Shown in pieces: positions 17,337 to 24,509 of a DNA stretch of 24,509 bases. The first letter of the stretch is position 1. Each line of letters begins with the position of its first letter. Location of the stretch: IMG/VR virus record IMGVR_UViG_3300020570_000646, positions 1-24,509 of that record, one strand, 5' to 3'. The stretch is from a virus. Lineage: Duplodnaviria > Caudoviricetes. A program made the position numbers and the translations under genes. Below the pieces are notes generated by a model, which saw only the letters and a program-made list of their open reading frames with translations, searched no databases and was not told where the DNA came from.

Positions 17337-17984
17337 TTATATCCTGTTTATTATTTTAATAGCAGCAGAAGCCCATCCATCGCGCCAGCCTACTGTTGAT
17401 AATGGTTCAAACTCAATATTGTATAAATTTACATAATCTAAAAGAGCTTTAAATGAATAATTTTCCCATCCAGGTAAATTGTAAAAATCGTCGAATACTA
17501 AAACAGCCCCATTTAAAAAATAACTGTGCATTTGTTTCAAAGCAAAAAATGTCGGTCTGTATAAATCCATATCAAAATGCACAAAAGAAATTTTTTTATT
17601 ATTAGTTTTGAGAAATTGTTCTATTGTATCTTCTATATTTCCAACTATAAATTCTGTATTATATGTATTATTTGGTACATAATCTAAAGAAAATGTTCCT
17701 TTTGCATATAATATATCTCTATCATTAATCATCCAGTCTTCCGGTAATCCAGTAAATGTATCAAATCCATATAACTTAATATTATTTGGTAGCGAAGAGC
17801 GTATACAATTAAAGGTATTTCCTGTAAAAACCCCAAGCTCCATAAATAAATAGTCTTGAGATTTTGATGAATTGGATAAACAATAGTCTAGATACGGATA
17901 AAGATCATTGTCTGAAGATTTTTTATCAAAATGCACAACAGAATTATTTTTAATAAATCTATCAGCTAGTTCTTGGTCATACAT
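17337..17984 (-). CDS. TylF/MycF-like SAM-dependent sugar O-methyltransferase
   Basis: ELGVFTG, GFDTFTGLPE, VHFDMDLY and VFDDF. Confidence 0.85.
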   Translation of the reverse strand: MYDQELADRFIKNNSVVHFDKKSSDNDLYPYLDYCLSNSSKSQDYLFMELGVFTGNTFNCIRSSLPNNIKLYGFDTFTGLPEDWMINDRDILYAKGTFSLDYVPNNTYNTEFIVGNIEDTIEQFLKTNNKKISFVHFDMDLYRPTFFALKQMHSYFLNGAVLVFDDFYNLPGWENYSFKALLDYVNLYNIEFEPLSTVGWRDGWASAAIKIINRI

Positions 17985-19642
17985 TAATTTTCTCTTCTTT
18001 CATTATGATTATAAAAATGAACTCTGTTATGTGTTATAGGACTTGCCAATAAAATAGCTGGTTTGATTTTATTTTCTACTGTTAATGTATATATATGACT
18101 CATCCATGTTTGCTCAAAAGGATGATCCCACTTAACGTCAAGAAAGCATTTTTGATTACCTTCCTGATCTATAATATGTGGCCAATTGCTGTAGTAAATC
18201 TCTCCTTCAGCATAAGGTAGTCCATCGATACTTTTGATATGAGTAAATTTAGTTAGTGGTTTTTTTTGTATTCGACCAAAATACTTTAACTTTAATTCGC
18301 TTGGCACATTATGCCAACTCCACTGATCTCCATTATGGCCATAAAATTCACTAAAACTAAATTTAAGAAAATCATATTCTTCTATTTTCATTATCTTAAT
18401 AACACGATTAAATAAGTTACTTATATTTTTATTAAATCCAAAACTACAATTATTATTCAAATCCAAAAGCATATCGTCTTCGAAAAAAATCATATACTTA
18501 GAACCAGAATCAGAAAAATGTTCAGCAGCAAACTGTCTAGATCCACAAACACCTTTATTGCCGTATTTTAGATGTTCTGAAAAGTTGTATTTAGAGCATA
18601 TCTCATCATATTTAGAAAATAATTCAGATTTTGTAGAATTATTTAATAATACCTTATCTGTTTTATATATAAAATCATTATCATAGTCTTTAAAACTTTG
18701 TAAAACCATTTCCAGTTGTTCTGGAGAATTAAAAGCATTGATGTATAGTTTTATGTTTTGATTACTATGTTGTTTACGATTTTTTGTTTTCTCTTCTATT
18801 TGTATATTGGTATTATCATTTTTTAATTTTTCAAAAAAAGTATTTATTAAACCATTACTCTCTATCATTTCATGATGATATATATCGGGATCTTTATATG
18901 TCATTATAGTAAAAATACTTTCTTCTGTTCCCATAAGATCTTGTGATAAAGTATCATTAAGTAATGAATAGTATAGATTATTAGCTGATGATATATAATC
19001 TATATGGCCTCCAAAAAAACCGCCCCTAGCAACCCTATTAACATTGTTATCGCAAATTTTATTCATATGATGAATATTAAATCCATGTATTTCTGTTGTG
19101 GTTTCATATGGAAAACAAATAAATAAGAATTTTTTAACAACATTTTCTAATTTATGAAGCACCTTATCATGGCTAAAATATCCGGCATGAACAGTATTTG
19201 TTATTCCTCCATCAAGCCAAAAAATATACTCGGTATTGAACGGATTAAATATCTTTGCATTATGAAGCAGAAATAACTTGCTCATTACCATAGGATTATA
19301 ATACTCTAATCTAGCCTGAGTACTATCCCTTAACCACCCAACTTGATTTAGCCAGTCTTCTTTTTGTCTTATTTGTTGAATTTTATCAAAAAATGGAAAA
19401 AAATTACCTTTAAATTCTTCTTTTGAATGATAATAAACTCTGGTATTTTCCTTATTCCTATATTGATAAACTAAGTTTTCATGATTTTTATCTATAAAAA
19501 CTATCAAAGGAACATCGCTTGGTAAATTTTTAAGCAGATTAGTGAAATTATCTATATAATGATCGAAAGATCTTCCCCAGCCATCACCTAGAGAATCTCT
19601 ACTAAGATCCCATATCCCTGTTACTATAGTAGAGTTTATCAT
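17984..19642 (-). CDS. Two-domain glycosyltransferase: HtrL/YibB-like N-terminus plus GT-A C-terminus
   Basis: TIVTGIWD, FWLDGG, GGFFGG and TEESIF in the first domain; FFEDD in the second. ATG 19642 preferred over TTG 19657. Confidence 0.75.
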   Translation of the reverse strand: MINSTIVTGIWDLSRDSLGDGWGRSFDHYIDNFTNLLKNLPSDVPLIVFIDKNHENLVYQYRNKENTRVYYHSKEEFKGNFFPFFDKIQQIRQKEDWLNQVGWLRDSTQARLEYYNPMVMSKLFLLHNAKIFNPFNTEYIFWLDGGITNTVHAGYFSHDKVLHKLENVVKKFLFICFPYETTTEIHGFNIHHMNKICDNNVNRVARGGFFGGHIDYISSANNLYYSLLNDTLSQDLMGTEESIFTIMTYKDPDIYHHEMIESNGLINTFFEKLKNDNTNIQIEEKTKNRKQHSNQNIKLYINAFNSPEQLEMVLQSFKDYDNDFIYKTDKVLLNNSTKSELFSKYDEICSKYNFSEHLKYGNKGVCGSRQFAAEHFSDSGSKYMIFFEDDMLLDLNNNCSFGFNKNISNLFNRVIKIMKIEEYDFLKFSFSEFYGHNGDQWSWHNVPSELKLKYFGRIQKKPLTKFTHIKSIDGLPYAEGEIYYSNWPHIIDQEGNQKCFLDVKWDHPFEQTWMSHIYTLTVENKIKPAILLASPITHNRVHFYNHNERREN

Positions 19643-19684
19643 TATTATCAGACTCAAGAGATTATATCCACCCCGTCTGCACCA

Positions 19685-19712
19685 ATAATAAGTAGAATCT
19701 TCATTTTGTCAA
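19685..19712 (-). promoter_or_regulatory. Sigma70-like promoter for the glycosylation cassette
   Basis: Minus strand TTGACA (19712-19707), 16-nt spacer, TATTAT (19690-19685). Confidence 0.6.
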
Positions 19713-19736
19713 TGTCCAAAAAAAGCTAAATGGTGG

Positions 19737-19764
19737 TTGACACGATACTTTTTTGGTGTATTAT
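19737..19764 (+). promoter_or_regulatory. Sigma70-like promoter for the rightward block
   Basis: TTGACA (19737-19742), 16-nt spacer, TATTAT (19759-19764). Confidence 0.6.
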
Positions 19765-19787
19765 ACGATTGTTACACGACGAGTATT

Positions 19788-19997
19788 ATGAAAACAATGC
19801 CAAATTTCGATAACGATTTTTCAAACGATAAAGAAAAAAGAAGAGAACAGTTTAAAAAGAAAAAAGATCATTTTCATCAATTAAAAGATGATGATGATTT
19901 AAGAAGAAAAAATATTTCTAAAAAAGAACTAAAGAAAATAAAAGAAAGTTACGAAGAAGAAGAATGGGAAGATTGGGACAGATATTATAATCATTGA
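19788..19997 (+). CDS. Small highly charged hypothetical protein
   Basis: ATG 19788 (or 19797) lies downstream of the promoter. K/R/D/E-rich, ending EEEEWEDWDRYYNH. Confidence 0.65.
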   Translation: MKTMPNFDNDFSNDKEKRREQFKKKKDHFHQLKDDDDLRRKNISKKELKKIKESYEEEEWEDWDRYYNH

Positions 19998-20003
19998 TAT
20001 AAA

Positions 20004-20231
20004 ATGAAATACATAGAGGAACTTCAGATAGGGGATTGTTTTCAATTAAATTCTAGTCATTTTATAATAACTAGTGACTTTAAAAAAGATGGCAAGAAAC
20101 TTTGTATCGATTTAAAAACAGGATACGGTAAATGGATCAGCCCAATAGATATGGTAGAAATCATCGATATTTTTACCTTAGATAAAGACAGTAATGTTAT
20201 CGCAATAAAAGAAAGAAAAAAGGATAACTAA
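20004..20231 (+). CDS. Small hypothetical protein (possible SH3-like beta barrel)
   Basis: 75-aa ORF in operon spacing, starting IEELQIGDCF. Confidence 0.7.
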   Translation: MKYIEELQIGDCFQLNSSHFIITSDFKKDGKKLCIDLKTGYGKWISPIDMVEIIDIFTLDKDSNVIAIKERKKDN

Positions 20232-20232
20232 A

Positions 20233-20793
20233 ATGCCAAATCAAAAAACAATAAAAAAAGAACCATATGTTATATCTAGTAAAAATATATTTGATATTAT
20301 ACTTCAAAGAGTAAAGAGTAAAGAAAATGGAGCAACAGTATTTGTTCCTCATGTTTGTAATAATGTAGATTTTTTTGATGCTGGATTTGCTGCACAGGTT
20401 GGAGAAAAATATCCTATAGTAAAAACAGATTATCATTTACTTGGTAGGAACTTTCTAGCAGTAAATTTAGGATATTCTCAAATTATTAAAGTATATGAAG
20501 AACCGCAATATCGTCATAAATTATTTTTTGTTAATATGATTGCGCAAAATGGAGTAAGAAATTTTACTAATCAAAGACCATTGAATTACTTTGCATTGGG
20601 ACAAAGTATGTATAAAGTATCTCAATTTATCCATATGAACACAGGATTCTTGAATAAAAACGAAAAAATAGAGATACATTGTCCAAAATTCGGTAGTGGA
20701 CTAGCTGGTGGTAATTGGAACTTTATTAGCGAATTAATAAATGATATATGGGGTAAATTTTTTGTTACGGTATATAACCCATTGAAATCATGA
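20233..20793 (+). CDS. Macrodomain (Poa1p/DarG-like ADP-ribose-processing) protein
   Basis: HVCNN..AGFAAQV, VNMIAQ and IHCPKFGSGLAGGNW. Confidence 0.8.
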   Translation: MPNQKTIKKEPYVISSKNIFDIILQRVKSKENGATVFVPHVCNNVDFFDAGFAAQVGEKYPIVKTDYHLLGRNFLAVNLGYSQIIKVYEEPQYRHKLFFVNMIAQNGVRNFTNQRPLNYFALGQSMYKVSQFIHMNTGFLNKNEKIEIHCPKFGSGLAGGNWNFISELINDIWGKFFVTVYNPLKS

Positions 20794-21431
20794 ATATAAT
20801 TAGTTTTAGTCTTTGGGGAAATAATCCAAAATACACTATTGGCGCTATAAAAAATGCTGAATTAGCTCAAAAGATATACCCTAATTGGATTTGTAGATTT
20901 TATTTAGACAATACTGTTCCAAATGAAATAATAAGCCAATTACAGTCCTTATCTAATACAGAAGTAATAAATAAGAATATATCTGGTAATTGGACCAGTA
21001 TGTTTTGGAGATTTGAGTCATCATACGACAAAAATGCCAAAATAGTTGTTTTTAGAGATACAGATAGTAGACTTTCTAATAGAGAAAAAATAGCTGTTGA
21101 TGAATGGATAAATAGTGATAAGACTTTTCATATTATGAGGGATCATCCATATCATAAGTTTCCTATACTTGGTGGAATGTGGGGATATAAAAATAATAAT
21201 AAATATCCTATGCAAATATTATTAGAATCTTTTAATAAAACAAATACCTATGGCACAGACTATAGATTTTTTGCTGAAGAACTTTATCCGTTAATCGGAA
21301 ACGATAAATTAGTACATGATGAATTTTTTGATAAGAAGCCATTTCCATGTCTTAGACAAGGAACAGAATTTGTTGGAGATGTATTTGATGAAAATAATTT
21401 ACGACATCCAGAATATCAAAAATACATATGA
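20790..21431 (+). CDS. Putative glycosyltransferase-like protein
   Basis: ISFSLWG..Y..GAIKN, MFWRF, RDTDSR and MRDHPYH..ILGGMWG. Confidence 0.65.
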   Translation: MNIISFSLWGNNPKYTIGAIKNAELAQKIYPNWICRFYLDNTVPNEIISQLQSLSNTEVINKNISGNWTSMFWRFESSYDKNAKIVVFRDTDSRLSNREKIAVDEWINSDKTFHIMRDHPYHKFPILGGMWGYKNNNKYPMQILLESFNKTNTYGTDYRFFAEELYPLIGNDKLVHDEFFDKKPFPCLRQGTEFVGDVFDENNLRHPEYQKYI

Positions 21432-22231
21432 ATCCTCGAACCTCTTTCGGTTTTAATACTTTCTGCACCGAGCAGTGGCTACCATTAATTAAAATTTTAA
21501 TAGATTCTATATCCTCTTTTAGTAAACACCCAATAACTGTTAATTGTATCAATTTCAAATACGATTTCAATAACGATCTAGTTAATTCTGTATCAATATA
21601 TGATTCTAACATAAGAAGTTATAGTCATATTTATAGATATAAATGGTCTAGTTTATTAGATACTCCATACGACACAACGGTAATGCTAGATGGAGATATG
21701 ATAGTTTTACCAGGTATAGATAATCTATTTTATGACCATTCTGCTTATTTAAGCACCCTCAATTTTCCATTATTTGCAAAACATCCTCATAATCCTTTCA
21801 CAAATCCTGTTCATGCTCAAAATTTAAAAAATATGATGTCTATATTTACGACTAACGAACCAAGTATGCCATATGTTTATGCTTGCGGCGTTATTGGTAA
21901 GCATCATATAAAATTTGTTAAAGAGATTGTTGATACTATTGACTATTTTCATAGTCATAATGCTATACCATACATAGAAGACGAGGGAATACTAAACTGT
22001 TTATTAAGTAAATATAAAATATCCTATGATCTAGGATATATTTTTTTTCCAAATAGTACTTTGTATAATGCTTATATTAATAATAAAATCGATACAGATC
22101 AAGAGCTATATGACACATATACAAAATTTAATTGTCCAGTAAAATTTTATGCTTTACATGGATGTAAAAATCAATCACTAGCATCGGATATGCTATCCAC
22201 AATCAAAGAAAAAACTAAAAATAATGAATAA
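21428..22231 (+). CDS. GT-A glycosyltransferase-like protein (GT8-like)
   Basis: DxD motif LDGDM, DEGILN and a C-terminal LHGCK. Confidence 0.6.
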   Translation: MNPRTSFGFNTFCTEQWLPLIKILIDSISSFSKHPITVNCINFKYDFNNDLVNSVSIYDSNIRSYSHIYRYKWSSLLDTPYDTTVMLDGDMIVLPGIDNLFYDHSAYLSTLNFPLFAKHPHNPFTNPVHAQNLKNMMSIFTTNEPSMPYVYACGVIGKHHIKFVKEIVDTIDYFHSHNAIPYIEDEGILNCLLSKYKISYDLGYIFFPNSTLYNAYINNKIDTDQELYDTYTKFNCPVKFYALHGCKNQSLASDMLSTIKEKTKNNE

Positions 22232-22883
22232 AATTCTACTTCATCATCATCTTGGATTGGGCGATCATATTATTTGTAATGGACTAGTAAGATTTTTATC
22301 AATAAATACTAAAATAGATTTATTTTGTAAAGATCAAAATTTAAATAATATTAAATTAATGTATAGTGATAATAAAGAAATTAATGTTATCGGAATATAT
22401 AATGATTTTGAGGCTGAACGAATAGCAAATGGTAGTCAGAATTATATTAGACTAGGCGTTGGATTAAACCATAACTATCCAAGGGATATGGAGACTCAGT
22501 GGGATAAAGTTTTTTATTATCAAATGAATGTAGACTTCGATCATTCTTGGATATCTTTCAAATATAATAAACCAATATCACAAAATCCAGTGCCTAGCAA
22601 ACCCTACAGTTTTCTGTGCAATCAAGGTTCAGACGGTATAGATCGGCTTGATTATACAAAAATAGACCATTCTTTACAAAAGGTTTATAGTAATAATGGT
22701 AATTTTTTTGACAATATAGATCTTATACAGAACGCAACAGAAATACACTGTATTAATTCTTCTTATATACATCTAATAGATAGAATAGAAACACCCGAAA
22801 ACACTAAACTAGTATATCATAAAAATTTTATGTATAAAAATCATAGTGACTTTATTTTGAAAAAAGATTGGATAGTAGTATGA
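22224..22883 (+). CDS. Glycosyltransferase-like protein (GLGD type)
   Basis: HHLGLGDHIICNGLVR and IQNATEIHCINSS. Confidence 0.55.
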   Translation: MNKILLHHHLGLGDHIICNGLVRFLSINTKIDLFCKDQNLNNIKLMYSDNKEINVIGIYNDFEAERIANGSQNYIRLGVGLNHNYPRDMETQWDKVFYYQMNVDFDHSWISFKYNKPISQNPVPSKPYSFLCNQGSDGIDRLDYTKIDHSLQKVYSNNGNFFDNIDLIQNATEIHCINSSYIHLIDRIETPENTKLVYHKNFMYKNHSDFILKKDWIVV

Positions 22884-23512
22884 CCATTTTTTGCATAAAT
22901 ATAGGAGATATAAAGTATTCAAAATATTCCCTACCTTTAATTGAATCATTATGTAAATATAATAATATTAATCTGTTTGTTTTGGATAAAAATATATCTC
23001 AAAATATCTATGATGCGCATCCATCGTGGCTTAAACTATTTTGTCATTCTTTAGTTGAAGATGATTTTATCATATGTTGGGATCTAGATTTAATTCCAAC
23101 AAAATTATATAATATAAAAAATATGTTAGATACAGACAATATCAATTTAGCATACGATCAATCTTATGTAAGAGAAAACTTTACTTTTAATGGTAAATTC
23201 AAATATAATTGTGGATTATTCGGTATTCCTAAAAAGAATCAACAGTGGCTAGAAAGTATTTATTCCAAAGCTAAAAATTCTAATTATCCATCATATGAAC
23301 AATATCATGTAAATGATTCAATTTTTGATAATAAAATAACAGTATCAAATATAGATACAAAACTAAATATGATGTATGATGGTTTTCCAGTTGATGAAAA
23401 AAATACAAACTATAACATACACTATACCTGGAAAGTTATGTCTGAGGGACACAGAACAGACTTAATTATTAGTCATTACAATAAATTTTATAATCAATTA
23501 ATAATATCATGA
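22880..23512 (+). CDS. GT-A glycosyltransferase-like protein (GT8/GT34-like)
   Basis: W.KL, WDLD, NCGLF, YEQ and HY. ATGA overlap at 22880. Confidence 0.6.
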   Translation: MTIFCINIGDIKYSKYSLPLIESLCKYNNINLFVLDKNISQNIYDAHPSWLKLFCHSLVEDDFIICWDLDLIPTKLYNIKNMLDTDNINLAYDQSYVRENFTFNGKFKYNCGLFGIPKKNQQWLESIYSKAKNSNYPSYEQYHVNDSIFDNKITVSNIDTKLNMMYDGFPVDEKNTNYNIHYTWKVMSEGHRTDLIISHYNKFYNQLIIS

Positions 23513-24045
23513 ATATATATAAAACAAGAAATGATTTCATCAGCACTTTCGATCAAAATCTTATTATGTGTGAGATAGGGGTGTTCAAAGGTGATTTTTC
23601 ACAGATACTTTTCAATACATCTCCAAAGGAATTACATCTAATTGATCCTTTTATAGGTAGTTTTTGGTCAGGAGATAAAGATGGTTTAAATATGCAATAT
23701 GCCAATTTAGAAATTTCTTATCAATATTTAAAAAATTTATATTCAAATTATGATTATGTACGTATTCATAAAGGATATGGTCAACATATACTTCAAAAAT
23801 TTTCTGATCATTATTTTGATTTTATGTATATAGATGCAGACCATACCTATGATAGTGTTAAGAATGACTTAGAAATATGTAAGAAAAAAACTAAAATAAA
23901 TGGAATAATATCAGGACATGATTATGATAATAATAAATTTCCAGGAGTAGTTCGAGCAGTTAATGAGTTTTGTTCTAAGTATAATCTTAATATTTTTGCT
24001 CTTACACAAGACGGTTGTCCAACTTTTGGAATAATTAATATATGA
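23509..24045 (+). CDS. Class I SAM-dependent methyltransferase (Methyltransf_24-like)
   Basis: EIGVFKG, LIDP, YIDADHTY, GHDY and GVVRAV. Confidence 0.85.
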   Translation: MNIYKTRNDFISTFDQNLIMCEIGVFKGDFSQILFNTSPKELHLIDPFIGSFWSGDKDGLNMQYANLEISYQYLKNLYSNYDYVRIHKGYGQHILQKFSDHYFDFMYIDADHTYDSVKNDLEICKKKTKINGIISGHDYDNNKFPGVVRAVNEFCSKYNLNIFALTQDGCPTFGIINI

Positions 24046-24425
24046 GTTATAAAATACTTGTCTCAAATGGAGAAATTATTGACAAATTTTCTATATTAGA
24101 AATTAAAGTATTTAAAAGCCAAAATATTCTACAGACCCAAAACATACAAAAAGAAATAAATGAACTTCTACCATATATAAATATCATATGTAATAAACAA
24201 AATATTAAAAATATATATCAAAAACTTAAAAATGTTAATAATGAATTATGGGCAGTAGAAGATAAGTTAAGAAAAAAAGAACAACAAAATATTTTTGATG
24301 AAGAATTTATTAGTTTAGCTCGTAATGTATATAAGCTGAATGATAAAAGAGCAGAATATAAAAAAGAAATAAATTTATTAACAAAATCTATCTTAATAGA
24401 AGAAAAAATATATGAACCATACTGA
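24042..24425 (+). CDS. DUF6165-like protein
   Basis: SNGEIIDKFSILEIK, NNELWAVED, ARNVYKLNDKR..K..IN and EEK.Y. Confidence 0.75.
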   Translation: MSYKILVSNGEIIDKFSILEIKVFKSQNILQTQNIQKEINELLPYINIICNKQNIKNIYQKLKNVNNELWAVEDKLRKKEQQNIFDEEFISLARNVYKLNDKRAEYKKEINLLTKSILIEEKIYEPY

Positions 24426-24509
24426 TTTTTTAGAACATAATAAACTTTCCAGTTTACATGATGGAAAAACTGTATTTTTTTGTAAAACAGATTATCTTTT
24501 ACAAGATTT
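24412..24509 (+). CDS. Partial ORF running off the window (MNHTDFLEHNKLSSLHDGKTVFFCKTDYLLQD...)
   Basis: ATG 24412 overlaps the previous gene and the frame is open to the end of the window. Absent from the ORF track. Confidence 0.55.
   Translation, partial: MNHTDFLEHNKLSSLHDGKTVFFCKTDYLLQD

Noticed and set aside
19737-19787. TTG start at 19737 from the ORF track
   Set aside because: It coincides with the -35 box, so ATG 19788 is more plausible.
16547-21612. ORFs 16547..16792 (+), 16948..17136 (+), 20197..20436 (-), 21021..21215 (-) and 21352..21612 (-)
   Set aside because: Opposite-strand shadows with no supporting motifs.
1-24509. CRISPR array, IS element or stop-codon reassignment
   Set aside because: No repeat-spacer periodicity or transposase was seen. 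Genes are full-length in the standard code and end in TAA, TGA and TAG.

Overview
AT-rich, tightly packed coding sequence in the standard genetic code, most consistent with a large dsDNA phage. Support comes from an rIIB-like gene, phage-style hypothetical genes, an HNH nuclease, a macrodomain and a long run of small glycan-modifying genes, with no host housekeeping operon. A Tat-signal DUF1501 gene hints at a Planctomycetota or other PVC host (inference). The + strand block at 1-12874 holds the rIIB 3' end, a tRNA-like mini element, a Zn-ribbon/RuvA-domain-III protein with RuvB, DUF1501, an SDR/2OG-oxygenase fusion, a membrane protein with a volactin-like actin, DUF6065, a GT/HAD-nucleotidyltransferase/GDPD module, a P4H-like oxygenase, HNH, trypsin and an ISP-type subtilase. 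The - strand block at 12867-19642 is a 7-gene glycosylation cassette. A divergent TTGACA-N16-TATTAT promoter pair follows, then a + strand block with a macrodomain and more glycosyl- and methyltransferases. The best novelty candidates are the non-canonical RuvA-like adaptor, the actin with its putative membrane anchor, the anticodon-less tRNA-like RNA and a possible hydroxyproline-glycosylation pathway. All family calls come from motif recognition; no searches were run.
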